From the IMG/VR virus record IMGVR_UViG_3300032373_000065, positions 1 to 35,421 of that record: a stretch of DNA of 35,421 nucleotides. The stretch is one strand, 5' to 3'. The notes beneath the pieces were generated by a model that saw nothing but the letters and a program-made list of their open reading frames with translations, was not told where the DNA came from and did not search any database. A program made the position numbers and the translations under genes. Shown here piece by piece: positions 16,741-26,439 of this stretch. Every line of letters begins with the position of its first letter. Positions within the stretch are counted from its first letter, which is position 1. The DNA is from a virus (taxonomy: Duplodnaviria > Caudoviricetes).

Positions 16741-18081
16741 ATGGCTATCGGAGATATTACATACATAGATGACAGGGCAACAGGCGCAAACGATGGCTCA
16801 AGCCCTGAAGATGCTTATACAGACCCTTCTAGTATTGGTGGTGGCTCTTTAAGTGCTGGAGAGATAGTAGATTTTGCCGAAGGTTCAGGCCCATATATAA
16901 GGTCAGCGCTTATCGCTACAAAAGGCAATGGGACAGCAGCTAATCCGGTTATATGGCGCGGGAATAAATGCGAGATAAATTGCGGGATAGATTTAAGCTC
17001 TATAGCTGGTGGCGAATGGCATTTAAGTCCAGCAGGAACCAATGAGTTTTATTTCACTGGGGCAGGCGCAACTGACCCGTTAATTTCAACGCCAGATTCG
17101 TCAACCGTGGACGGTCATTATTATGAGCGATCTTCAGAAGACGATGATTATCAGCGCGGAACTGTAGGCAGTTTAACGAATGGCCAGTTAGGTTACGGCT
17201 CAAATGCAGAAATAGCCTTCAATACGGTACACGTTCGTTTTGATGATCTAACGCCATTAGATCACACGGTTATATGTTCTCAGAATAATTTTGCTTTTGA
17301 CGGAAACCACACTGACCAATTATTCACAGGCTTTATGTTTAAATATTGCAATGGTTATCCAGTAAGCGCAAGAGGCGCAAGCGGAACGTGGATAGTTGAA
17401 AACTGCGTATCAAGATATGCCGACGATCAAATGGCAGCGTCAACAGCAGTAGGCGCTTTGGTTGTTAGAAACTGCATAGGTTTCTTTACTGGTCATAGAT
17501 TAGCAACAGTCACTAACGCGGCTGCTAACTTAAGTTGTTATAACAATATAGCTATTAAATCACATATATTCGCATTAACAGCAACAGCAAGCACAGCAAC
17601 ATTAAATGTTTATAACAATATTGGTTATAAGTTAACGTCTGGTGTTTTGGATACAGCAGAAGCCGCAGGAATAACGGTAAATGAGGATTATAATTTTTGG
17701 TACGTTGACTGGCCTGCAAGTGCAGCAGCTACGCCTTTGGATTATTCTCTAGGGGGTAGCCCAGTTTGGACAACCACAGGCGCAAATTCAATACCCGCAT
17801 CATTAAGCACTAGCACAACAAATACACTTGCCGAAATGGGAGCGGGTGGAAGCTTCTTACCATTATTGAGTGACCCCTTAGCTGATTTAGATAATGTAAG
17901 TGACGACACATTGTGGAATCTAATGATAGCGAATGACTCTTCAATGATTGGGAAAGGCGGCGCTTATTGGGGAACAGGCCCAAATCCGGTAGATATTAAC
18001 GGAGAGCCTTATTCTAATATTGACACGGACTTAGGCCCTGTTCAGTCATTCTATGGCCCATTCCACCCAGTAAACCTATAA
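16741..18081 (+). CDS. Right-handed beta-helix (pectin-lyase-like) protein
   Basis: GANDGSSPEDAY cap; GNGTAANPVIW; repeated VENC/VRNC/YNNI strands; DYNFWY. Confidence 0.7.
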   Translation: MAIGDITYIDDRATGANDGSSPEDAYTDPSSIGGGSLSAGEIVDFAEGSGPYIRSALIATKGNGTAANPVIWRGNKCEINCGIDLSSIAGGEWHLSPAGTNEFYFTGAGATDPLISTPDSSTVDGHYYERSSEDDDYQRGTVGSLTNGQLGYGSNAEIAFNTVHVRFDDLTPLDHTVICSQNNFAFDGNHTDQLFTGFMFKYCNGYPVSARGASGTWIVENCVSRYADDQMAASTAVGALVVRNCIGFFTGHRLATVTNAAANLSCYNNIAIKSHIFALTATASTATLNVYNNIGYKLTSGVLDTAEAAGITVNEDYNFWYVDWPASAAATPLDYSLGGSPVWTTTGANSIPASLSTSTTNTLAEMGAGGSFLPLLSDPLADLDNVSDDTLWNLMIANDSSMIGKGGAYWGTGPNPVDINGEPYSNIDTDLGPVQSFYGPFHPVNL

Positions 18082-18098
18082 CCCCGAAAGGGGGTTTT
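18080..18098 (+). terminator. Hairpin terminator
   Basis: AACCCC-GAAA-GGGGGTTTT. Confidence 0.55.
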
Positions 18099-18121
18099 AA
18101 TGCCTGTTAAAAGAGAAGAAA

Positions 18122-18445
18122 ATGAAATTCGATAGAACATTACAGGCTTTATCACAAGACAGGTTAAAGGCCGTACAGAACGAAAACGCAGTATTAACTT
18201 ATTCCGTTAACTGGGGGCCGCAAATTGATACTAATACAATCAGCACAAGCACCTGGACAAGTGAAGACAATATAACTATAGCAGGCGAAGCAAATACAAC
18301 ATTAACAGCTTCAGCGACATTATCCGGCGGCGTTGGCACTCATCGAGTAGTAAACAAAATCACCACATCAGACGGACAAACAGACGAGAGAATTATTATT
18401 TTAACTATATTAGAGAATGATGATTATTTGAGGGATTATGAGTAA
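18122..18445 (+). CDS. Fibre-adaptor-like Ig-fold protein
   Basis: YSVNW...TISTSTWT...LSGG...VVNKITTSDGQTDER pattern. Confidence 0.6.
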   Translation: MKFDRTLQALSQDRLKAVQNENAVLTYSVNWGPQIDTNTISTSTWTSEDNITIAGEANTTLTASATLSGGVGTHRVVNKITTSDGQTDERIIILTILENDDYLRDYE

Positions 18446-19028
18446 GGACAAACTAACAGATAAACAAGCTTTGTTTGTTAAAGAATACCTTATCGATTTG
18501 AATGCAACTCAAGCCGCAATTAGGGCCGGATATAGCGAAAACACTGCACAAAAAATAGGCTCTGAAAACCTCTCAAAACCACTTATTGCCGATGCAATAG
18601 CCAAAGCAATGACTAAGCGCACAGAAGAGCTTGAAATAGATGCTAAATGGCTGCTTAAACGCTTAGTAGATGAAGCTACAGCAGACATTGCAGATTTATA
18701 CACTGAAACAGGTGGATTAAAGCCCGTTCATGAGTGGCCTAAGATTTGGCGACAAGGTTTAGTCGCAGGCTTAGAGAGTCAGCAACAGTTTGAATATATC
18801 GACGGTGAAAAGGTTCCTGATGGTTATCTAATGAAAGTCAGGTTATCAGACAGAGTTAAACGAATTGAAATGATTGGAAAACATATAGATGTTCAAGCGT
18901 TTAGTGAGAAATCAACGGTAGTTATTAAAGATGAGCGAACAATGTCAGACGGAGAACTCGAACGTATCGCCGCAGGTAGCAGCGCGGGAACTTCTAAACA
19001 GGCGGATAGCTCGGAAAAATTACACTAG
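18438..19028 (+). CDS. terS: Terminase small subunit
   Basis: LTDKQALFVKEYLIDLNATQAAIRAGYS. Confidence 0.95.
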   Translation: MSKDKLTDKQALFVKEYLIDLNATQAAIRAGYSENTAQKIGSENLSKPLIADAIAKAMTKRTEELEIDAKWLLKRLVDEATADIADLYTETGGLKPVHEWPKIWRQGLVAGLESQQQFEYIDGEKVPDGYLMKVRLSDRVKRIEMIGKHIDVQAFSEKSTVVIKDERTMSDGELERIAAGSSAGTSKQADSSEKLH

Positions 19029-20484
19029 TTATTGTGAGTACGTGGCTTCTGATGAACCGCCAGATACACATCATAAAATATTATGTGAAGCATTAGACAG
19101 GGTTGTAGATCATCAGTTAGGGCTAGAAAACGGCATTAGAAATCTTATGATTTTCATGCCTCCAGGTTCGGCAAAGTCAACTTATGCAAGCGTAAGGTTT
19201 CCCGCTTATTACTTAGGCAGGCTTGGAAAGAAAAATATTATATGTGCTTCTTATGGCGAAAAACTAGCAACAGCATTCGGGCGCAAAGTTCGGAATTTAG
19301 TTGCATCAAATGAAAGTCATAAATTATTTCCTGATTTAGTTTTAACTCAAGATTCGCAAGCAAAGGGCGAATGGGAAACTGAAGAAGGCGGCACTTATTT
19401 TGCTGTAGGTGTTGGCGGTGGTGTTACTGGTAGGCGTGGTGATTTAGGGCTAATTGATGACCCTGTTAAGGGCAGAAAAGAAGCTGATAGTGACACAGTA
19501 AAACAAGACACTTGGAACTGGTATAACTCAGACTTTTTAACTCGTTTAAAGCCCACAGCGGCACAAGTGATTATACAGACTCGATGGGTTGATGACGATT
19601 TGTCAGGAAGAATATTGCCTGATGATTGGAATGGTGAGAGCGGTATATTTACAGGAAAAGAAGGCAAGGAATGGCATGTTATCTGCCTGCAGGCTGAAGC
19701 TAAAGAAGGCAAAAATGACCCGTTAGGTAGAAAGCCTGGCGAATGGTTGTGGCCTAAATGGTTTACCCCTGAATACTGGAAAGAAACAAAAGCAGCGGTT
19801 CAGAAAAGTGACTCCAGAACATGGAGCGCCTTATACCAGCAAACGCCAACAGCAGACGAAGGGACTTACTTTAAGCGCGATTGGTTTAATCGTTATCCGT
19901 TAGGCGATCACCCTAAATATATTACAAAGTTTGGCGCTAGTGATTATGCGGTTACTGATGACGGTGGAGATTATACAGAGCAAGGCGTAGCAGGTTTATG
20001 TCCTGAAAGTAATCTTTATATGATTGATTGGATTTCTGGACAAGTAGAGTCTGACGAGTGGGTTGATGACTTGCTCGATTTAACTAAAAAACATAACCCT
20101 GTTATTTGGGGTGCTGAAGTAGGCCAGATTAAAAAATCAGTTTCACCCTGGCTTAACAAGCGAAGTTTAAAAAGAAAAATATTTATTGACCTTGAGCCAA
20201 TGTCACACGTTGGAGACAAGGCGGCCAATGCGCGATCTTTTCAAGCAATGGCAAAACTAGGAATGGTTTATATCCCCATTTGTGATTGGGGCGATGAATT
20301 AATAAGGCAGTTAGTAAAATTCCCAGCTGGCGCTTTTGACGACAAAGTTGATGTATGCGGATTAATGGGCCGATTGATAGACAAGGTTTACGAAATATCA
20401 CCACCGGACAAACCGAAAGAAGAAAAACACGACGATTATGATGATTTTGACAACGACGAAGGCGATGACTGGAAAACTGTATGA
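18931..20484 (+). CDS. terL: Terminase large subunit
   Basis: MPPGSAKS Walker A, GLIDDPVKG, QTRW, FPAGAFDDKVD. Confidence 0.95.
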   Translation: MSEQCQTENSNVSPQVAARELLNRRIARKNYTSYCEYVASDEPPDTHHKILCEALDRVVDHQLGLENGIRNLMIFMPPGSAKSTYASVRFPAYYLGRLGKKNIICASYGEKLATAFGRKVRNLVASNESHKLFPDLVLTQDSQAKGEWETEEGGTYFAVGVGGGVTGRRGDLGLIDDPVKGRKEADSDTVKQDTWNWYNSDFLTRLKPTAAQVIIQTRWVDDDLSGRILPDDWNGESGIFTGKEGKEWHVICLQAEAKEGKNDPLGRKPGEWLWPKWFTPEYWKETKAAVQKSDSRTWSALYQQTPTADEGTYFKRDWFNRYPLGDHPKYITKFGASDYAVTDDGGDYTEQGVAGLCPESNLYMIDWISGQVESDEWVDDLLDLTKKHNPVIWGAEVGQIKKSVSPWLNKRSLKRKIFIDLEPMSHVGDKAANARSFQAMAKLGMVYIPICDWGDELIRQLVKFPAGAFDDKVDVCGLMGRLIDKVYEISPPDKPKEEKHDDYDDFDNDEGDDWKTV

Positions 20485-22319
20485 ATGATATTCACACTAA
20501 GCTTGTCCAGTATGTGGAAACGTTCTTCGAGCATACCTTGTTGGGCCATTCAGAAGCTCGCACACGTCGAGATTATTACAACGGGATACAACATACAGCG
20601 GAAGAAGTTGCGACTCTTAGAAAGCGAAAACAGCCTGTAGTAACTGACAACCGCATTAAGCGCAAAGTTGATTATTTATTAGGTGTTGAGCGTCAAACGC
20701 GTACAGACCCTAAAGCATTCCCACGCACACCAGATGACGACGAATCAGCACAGGTTTTCACTGATGCTATTCGCTTTGTTTGCGATAACAACGACTGGGA
20801 CATGGAGCGTTCAGAATCGTTTGATTATTTATGTGTTGAAGGTATCGAAGCGTACATGATCGACGAGGGAGAAATGGGCGGCGAATCTCAGATTATGCCC
20901 AAACATATCCCGCATAATCGGTTTATATATGACCCTCATTCAACAGATAGATACTTTAGAGATTCGAAGTATCTTGGTGTTATCACATGGATGGACATAG
21001 AAGACGCTAAACAGATGTTTAAGGGTAAAGAAGAGGTTTTAAATGTTACCCCAACACAAACTAATTCATCTTTTGACGATAAGCCTAATAATGCTATATG
21101 GATTGATTCAAATCGTAAGCGGGTAATGATTATATTACTGGATTTCTTAGAGGCTGGCGTTTGGCATAGAGGGTTATTTACTAAAGAAGGAATGTTATTT
21201 AAAGCAGAGTCTTCGCGTTTTCTTGACGAGTATGGACAACCAGAAAGCAATATTGTAGCGGGTGGTGCGTTTATAGATCAGGATAACGACCGTTACGGCA
21301 TTGTTAGACAGATGATTTCTGCACAGGATGAAATTAATAAGCGTCGATCTAAATATTTGCATTTACTTTCACAGCGTCAAACATATGGCAATCAAAAAGC
21401 CGTTGAAAATGTAAATAAAGCCAAAACTGAAATGGCTAAACCTGATGGGCATCTTGAGTTGCAAGGCAACGCCCAATTAGGGCAAGATTTTGGTGTTCTT
21501 CCTACTGGCGACATGGCAATAGGCCAATTTAACCTACTTCAAGATGCACTAGGCTCGATTGAAGGTATGGGGCAAGGGGACGTTGTAGGCTCAACCGCTT
21601 CAGGTCGTAGTAAAGAGATTTCGCAGAATTCAAACCTTATCGAGTTAGGCCCGTTATTAGATACGCATAGACAAGTTTCTAAGCTGGTTTATAAGCAGAT
21701 ATTTAACAGAATAAAACAATCATGGACAGGTCGTAAATTTATCAGAATAACTGACGATGAAAAGAACGTTAAATTCTCAGAATTAAATAAGCCAATGACA
21801 AATGCGGATTTAGTGATTGAGAAACTAGGACAGGAAGAAGGGCAGAAAGTTATTGCTCAGTATCAAGGTGACCCACGACTTAACCAGGTGGTAGAAGTTA
21901 GAAACGCGCCTGCTCAGGTTAACGTCGATATTATTATTGAAGATGCGCCGGACGTTGCAAATATTCAGGCTGAACAGTTTGAAGAGCTGGTAAGAATCGC
22001 GCCAAGCTACCCGGAAGAGGTTAAGTTCAAGCATATCCTGCAAATGTCAACGATCAGAAACAAAGATCAAATACTTGAAGACATGAACGGCGGTGACGAA
22101 GAGCAGCAAGCTTTACAGCAGAAAGTTATTGACCAACAAAACCAGATTAAACAATTAGTAACTGAGTTAGAGCTAAAAGGGAAAGAGGCCAAGATTAACC
22201 TTGATAAAGCCTCGACTAGAGAAAAGGAAGCAAGAACAAAGCAGATCGCAATTGAAACCGAAGCCCAGGAAATAGAAAACGAAATAGCCGTTGAATCGGT
22301 GGGCATGGTGTTTAAATAA
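20481..22319 (+). CDS. P22-like portal protein
   Basis: DYYNGIQ, NRIKRKVD, YGIVRQMISAQDEINKRRSK; long C-terminal coiled coil. Confidence 0.9.
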   Translation: MNDIHTKLVQYVETFFEHTLLGHSEARTRRDYYNGIQHTAEEVATLRKRKQPVVTDNRIKRKVDYLLGVERQTRTDPKAFPRTPDDDESAQVFTDAIRFVCDNNDWDMERSESFDYLCVEGIEAYMIDEGEMGGESQIMPKHIPHNRFIYDPHSTDRYFRDSKYLGVITWMDIEDAKQMFKGKEEVLNVTPTQTNSSFDDKPNNAIWIDSNRKRVMIILLDFLEAGVWHRGLFTKEGMLFKAESSRFLDEYGQPESNIVAGGAFIDQDNDRYGIVRQMISAQDEINKRRSKYLHLLSQRQTYGNQKAVENVNKAKTEMAKPDGHLELQGNAQLGQDFGVLPTGDMAIGQFNLLQDALGSIEGMGQGDVVGSTASGRSKEISQNSNLIELGPLLDTHRQVSKLVYKQIFNRIKQSWTGRKFIRITDDEKNVKFSELNKPMTNADLVIEKLGQEEGQKVIAQYQGDPRLNQVVEVRNAPAQVNVDIIIEDAPDVANIQAEQFEELVRIAPSYPEEVKFKHILQMSTIRNKDQILEDMNGGDEEQQALQQKVIDQQNQIKQLVTELELKGKEAKINLDKASTREKEARTKQIAIETEAQEIENEIAVESVGMVFK

Positions 22320-22321
22320 AT

Positions 22322-22334
22322 TGTCGTGATGACA
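22322..22334 (+). promoter_or_regulatory. Conserved late hairpin, copy 2
   Basis: TGTC-GTGAT-GACA two bases after the portal stop codon. Confidence 0.55.
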
Positions 22335-22383
22335 TGAAGTCCGTTTGAATAGGACAGCCCTTTCAGTAGGGTATTAATTTAAG

Positions 22384-22408
22384 AAGTCGCTTAATTGCGG
22401 CTTTTTTT
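22384..22408 (+). terminator. Terminator after portal
   Basis: AAGTCGC-TTAATT-GCGGCTT followed by TTTTT. Confidence 0.7.
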
Positions 22409-22429
22409 ATGCGCGTAATAAACGCAACA

Positions 22430-22479
22430 CGCCTCCGGTGAAATCGGGAGATAACCGCCTACGGGTTTACGGTAGATAA
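22430..22479 (+). promoter_or_regulatory. Twin covarying hairpins in the scaffold 5' leader
   Basis: CGCCTCCGGTGAAATCGGGAGATAA and CGCCTACGGGTTTACGGTAGATAA. Confidence 0.55.
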
Positions 22480-22489
22480 GGGTGAGAAA

Positions 22490-23185
22490 ATGACTGATGA
22501 ATTAGAAGAATTTTTAAATGACGAATTAGGTGAAGAAACTAACGAAGAAACCACTGAAGACGTGGTAACTGAGGAAGAAGAAACGCCTAAAACTGAAACG
22601 GTAGACAAAGAAGAGGAAGCGCCTACGGCTCCTGAAGATGAAGCTAAACCAGAAGACAAAACGCCCGAAACTATGCCTATGTCCGCCTTTATGGGGATTA
22701 AAAGCGAAAACAAGGAATTAAAGCAACAGCTAGAAAATTTAAAAAATTCTACGCCGCAACAGCCGAAAGAAGAACCGGACTTTTTTGAAAATCCTGATGA
22801 AACGCTCGCGCAACATCGTCAACAGATTCGTAATGAAACCTCTGAGCTTATAGCTAGAGATAAATACGATGACTTTGAAGAAAAAGCGCAACGTTTTGGA
22901 GAGATGCTGCAAGAAAATCCGGCCTTACTAGCGCAAATGAATACTCAGTATAACCCTGCTGAATTTGTATATCAGACAGCAACCAAAGACATGCAGTTGC
23001 AGGAAATTGGAAGCATTGAAGATTACAAAGCTAAATTAGATGCAGAGTATGCAGAAAAAATCAAAGCGTTTGAAACAAAGGCTAATACTGCTGAAATTCC
23101 GCCCTCAATGGTGGACGTTCGATCAACAGCAGGAAGTAAAGCCCCTGTATCGAATAATCTTCTAGACGAAATATTTCCCGATTAA
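22490..23185 (+). CDS. Scaffolding protein
   Basis: Very acidic and helical; lies between portal and capsid genes. Confidence 0.8.
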   Translation: MTDELEEFLNDELGEETNEETTEDVVTEEEETPKTETVDKEEEAPTAPEDEAKPEDKTPETMPMSAFMGIKSENKELKQQLENLKNSTPQQPKEEPDFFENPDETLAQHRQQIRNETSELIARDKYDDFEEKAQRFGEMLQENPALLAQMNTQYNPAEFVYQTATKDMQLQEIGSIEDYKAKLDAEYAEKIKAFETKANTAEIPPSMVDVRSTAGSKAPVSNNLLDEIFPD

Positions 23186-23198
23186 TAACGAAGAGTAA

Positions 23199-23238
23199 GC
23201 ACTGTCGAGACGACAGCGCACCTTCCCTAAGATGGAGG
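23199..23238 (+). promoter_or_regulatory. Conserved late hairpin, copy 3, plus an anti-SD hairpin
   Basis: GCA-CTGTC-GAGAC-GACAG-CGC, then CCTTCC (23221-26) able to pair with the capsid SD GGAGG (23234-38). Confidence 0.7.
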
Positions 23239-23245
23239 CCGAATC

Positions 23246-24343
23246 ATGGCTGAAACAACTACAAGCGCAGCCCTAAGCGTAGAACAATGGGAAAACAAGG
23301 CGCATAAAGCGTATGTTCGTGGCAACCGCTACGCACGCTATATGGGCAAAGATGAAAATGCAATTATCCAGGTTAAACACGATCTAACTAAAAAAGATGG
23401 CGATGCAATCACTATCCCATTAGTTGGCGCGTTTGATGATTCAGGCGGTGCTAATGATGGCTCAACTGATTTAGCGGGTAGCGAGAAGTCATTACCAAAT
23501 GATGGCCATCGTATTTCGGTTGGCATTGTTCGTGATGCTTTTACTGTTAAGGTCGATGAAGAGCAAAAATCTCCAATCGGTTTACGTGAAGCAGGCAAAG
23601 TAGGTCTTAAAAATCTACAGCAGCGCTATTTACGTAACGACATTGAAACGGCTCTAGCTTCAAAAAATGGCGTAGCTTACGGCACCGCTTCAGAAGCTCA
23701 AAAAGATGCTTGGTTAGTGGATAATGCTGACCGTGTTTTATTTGGCTCGACTATTTCTAATAACGCTGCTAACGATCATTCAGCAGCTCTGTTAAATATT
23801 GACGCAACAAACGACACGCTAACGCCTGCAATGGTTTCTCTGGCAAAACGTATCGCGCAAACGGCTGTTACTGCAAATAGTGACGGTATGCGTCCTTATA
23901 CATCAAACGAAGACGAAGAGTCTTTTATGATGTTCGTTCCTTCTCTGGCGTTCCGTGATTTTCGCGGTGCATTAGAAACTTCTGGTGATCTTCGTGATGC
24001 TGAAATTCGCGGCAAAAATAACCCTCTTTTCTCTGGCCCTTCATCTCTTTACTGGGATGGCGTGATCGTTCGAGAAATGCAGAGCTTAGGCGTTCTGTCT
24101 GGTGTTGGTGCGGTTGGTATTGATGTGGCTCCATGCTTCTTGTGTGGCGCTCAGGCCCTGGCGTCTGCATGGGCTATGACCACTAAATCAACAGTTCGCA
24201 AAGAAGACGATTACGGCATACGTCACGGTGTTGGTTTCATGGAAATGCGTGGTGTTGAGAAGATTCAATACGACCAAACTGGAACAGCGGCTCAGGATTG
24301 GGGTGTTGTAACTGTTTACGCTTCAGGCGTAGCTGACGTTTAA
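23246..24343 (+). CDS. Major capsid protein (N4-gp56/DUF4043-like)
   Basis: YMGKDENAIIQVKHDLTKKDGDAITIPL; LCGAQAL; DDYG; size and position. Confidence 0.88.
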   Translation: MAETTTSAALSVEQWENKAHKAYVRGNRYARYMGKDENAIIQVKHDLTKKDGDAITIPLVGAFDDSGGANDGSTDLAGSEKSLPNDGHRISVGIVRDAFTVKVDEEQKSPIGLREAGKVGLKNLQQRYLRNDIETALASKNGVAYGTASEAQKDAWLVDNADRVLFGSTISNNAANDHSAALLNIDATNDTLTPAMVSLAKRIAQTAVTANSDGMRPYTSNEDEESFMMFVPSLAFRDFRGALETSGDLRDAEIRGKNNPLFSGPSSLYWDGVIVREMQSLGVLSGVGAVGIDVAPCFLCGAQALASAWAMTTKSTVRKEDDYGIRHGVGFMEMRGVEKIQYDQTGTAAQDWGVVTVYASGVADV

Positions 24344-24358
24344 TCATTCCTCTAACAT

Positions 24359-24386
24359 GGGAGGGCTTCGGCTCTTCCTTCTTTTT
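24359..24386 (+). terminator. Terminator after capsid gene
   Basis: GGGAGGGC-TTCG-GCTCTTCC followed by TTCTTTTT. Confidence 0.8.
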
Positions 24387-24396
24387 ACGGTGAGCT

Positions 24397-24588
24397 ATGA
24401 AATTTAAATACACAGGCGAAATTAAAGACTTAACTATGTTTGGCTATGACTTTTCAAGCGGCGAATGTGAAGTAGAAGATTTGCATTTTATTAATAAGCT
24501 GAAAAACATTAAAGAATTTGAAGAGGCAAAAAAAGTAAAGCCAAAAGCAAAAAAAGCAAAGTTAGACAAAGCCAATGACAAAGACTGA
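24397..24588 (+). CDS. Small hypothetical protein
   Basis: ORF after capsid gene with a basic tail. Confidence 0.6.
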   Translation: MKFKYTGEIKDLTMFGYDFSSGECEVEDLHFINKLKNIKEFEEAKKVKPKAKKAKLDKANDKD

Positions 24589-24919
24589 ATTAATTAAGCG
24601 CGTCTTGATTAAACTTAAGGTTATCCAGTCTGATGACACTGTCTCAACTGAAGATTCGGATTTAATCGGCGCAGTATATGACGAAGTTTATCAAGAGCTT
24701 AAAATTCAAGAGCTAGTAACCTGGACTTCTACCGGAGATATTCCGACTAGTCACGCTCAATCAGTGGTTAAAATTGTTGCCTCTCGCAGTGCTGACGATT
24801 TTGAGCATGAGGAGCTAAACGTACAGCGGCTATTAATTGAAGAGGCGCAAGCAATGGACAAGATAGCGATTTTAAATAGCGTCCCTTACGTGCCTACTTC
24901 AGAGCCGGAGTGTTACTAG
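24575..24919 (+). CDS. Head-tail adaptor (P22 gp4-like)
   Basis: MTKTELIKRVLIKLKV helical N-terminus; synteny. Confidence 0.7.
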   Translation: MTKTELIKRVLIKLKVIQSDDTVSTEDSDLIGAVYDEVYQELKIQELVTWTSTGDIPTSHAQSVVKIVASRSADDFEHEELNVQRLLIEEAQAMDKIAILNSVPYVPTSEPECY

Positions 24920-26439
24920 TGTCTCGCATTCCAGTAATAACGTCATTAGCTATCGATAAGTTTTCAGGTGGCGTTATTCAAACAACTAGCAGCTCTACAA
25001 AGAATGCAGTATTTAGCAAGTATCCTGATGGGCGAATATTTGCAACTCAGCGTCCTGCTGTGAATGTGTTTGAAGATGCGAGTTCAGCAGTATCTAAAGC
25101 GAAAGGAAGAGGTATTTATTACTGGAATAAAGTATCAGCGTTATATTTTGTGAATGAAGATACTGTATATAAAAACTCTCATTCAGCGCCTTTAGCCGCA
25201 ACGCTTACAGCAGGTACGTCGAGAATAGATTTTTTTGAAATTGGTGAATATTTAGTATTAATTGATTCCGTAAATAACGAAGGCTGGTATATCAATTCCG
25301 GTTCATCAACTACATTAAATTCCATAACAGATGTAGATTTCCCGCCAAACCAAACACCCACTTTGAACCTTGCTAGAGGTGGGGCCGTACTAAATGGGAC
25401 GCTATACGTTTACGCTACAGACGGAACTATCTGGAATAGTGCTGTAGAAGACCCTACAAGCTGGAGTAGCTTGGATTTTCGCACATCAGAGCTAAAGCCT
25501 GACCCCGGCGTTTTAATGTTTAGGCACTCTAGCCATGTGGTTGCGGTGGGAACGGGTACGACTGAATTCTTTTACGATAATACAAACCCTACAGGCTCCC
25601 CATTAAGCCCGCGAACAGACATCGACCATTCTATCGGTGCGATTGATTCCGATACATTGTGGACGGATGGCGACACCGCTTTTTTCTGCAACCTGAATCA
25701 TGCTGGCGATATTAACGTAACGATAATGTCAGGGTTTCAGGTTAAAAAAATATCAAATAATGATTTAGATTCTTTGTTAACTTCTGCAATTGTTCACGAT
25801 GATATAAAAGTTATTGGTAGCGGGTTTTCTTCAGGAGGAAGAGGCTTTTATGCTTTAACAATGCACATAATAAGTGGCGGCGTTGTAACGCCTTATCAGT
25901 CAATTGTCTATGACCTTAGCTCCAATACATGGGGTGAATGGGAATTGATGCAGCCTGATATTGTTGAGTTCCCTTTGATTGGATGGACGCAAGCCACATC
26001 AACAAGAGCGGGTAATGGAATATTAACAAACGGCGATATTATAACAATCGTCGATAATAAAATACCTTACGACACCATAGAAGCGTCTGCTTATGTTGAG
26101 CCTGGATATGTAGAAGCTGGATACGTAGCAACAACCCCCGCAAGCGGCAACAATATAGAGCTGGAAATTATCACAGGCCCTGCTGATTTTGGGCGTAGAA
26201 ATTATAAACGCGCTACCAATTTAAAAATCGTTGCAACGCCAACAGAAAACACTCAGTTAATGACTGTTCAAACTTCCGACGAAGGCAACGACAATTACAA
26301 CACAGGCCGGACAATAGACTTAAGTAAATCCGGCCAAAAAATTACCCGTATGGGACGATTTAAAACGCGGAATCATAAATTAACGTATTCCGGCGACGAA
26401 CAAATAGAAGTGGAAGGCATTGAATTAGATGTCACTTGA
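24919..26439 (+). CDS. Tail nozzle / packaged-DNA stabilization protein (P22 gp10-like)
   Basis: About 506 aa, beta-propeller-like; TTEFFYD, YDLSSNTWGEW, RMGRFKTR; GTG start with GGAG RBS. Confidence 0.75.
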   Translation: MSRIPVITSLAIDKFSGGVIQTTSSSTKNAVFSKYPDGRIFATQRPAVNVFEDASSAVSKAKGRGIYYWNKVSALYFVNEDTVYKNSHSAPLAATLTAGTSRIDFFEIGEYLVLIDSVNNEGWYINSGSSTTLNSITDVDFPPNQTPTLNLARGGAVLNGTLYVYATDGTIWNSAVEDPTSWSSLDFRTSELKPDPGVLMFRHSSHVVAVGTGTTEFFYDNTNPTGSPLSPRTDIDHSIGAIDSDTLWTDGDTAFFCNLNHAGDINVTIMSGFQVKKISNNDLDSLLTSAIVHDDIKVIGSGFSSGGRGFYALTMHIISGGVVTPYQSIVYDLSSNTWGEWELMQPDIVEFPLIGWTQATSTRAGNGILTNGDIITIVDNKIPYDTIEASAYVEPGYVEAGYVATTPASGNNIELEIITGPADFGRRNYKRATNLKIVATPTENTQLMTVQTSDEGNDNYNTGRTIDLSKSGQKITRMGRFKTRNHKLTYSGDEQIEVEGIELDVT

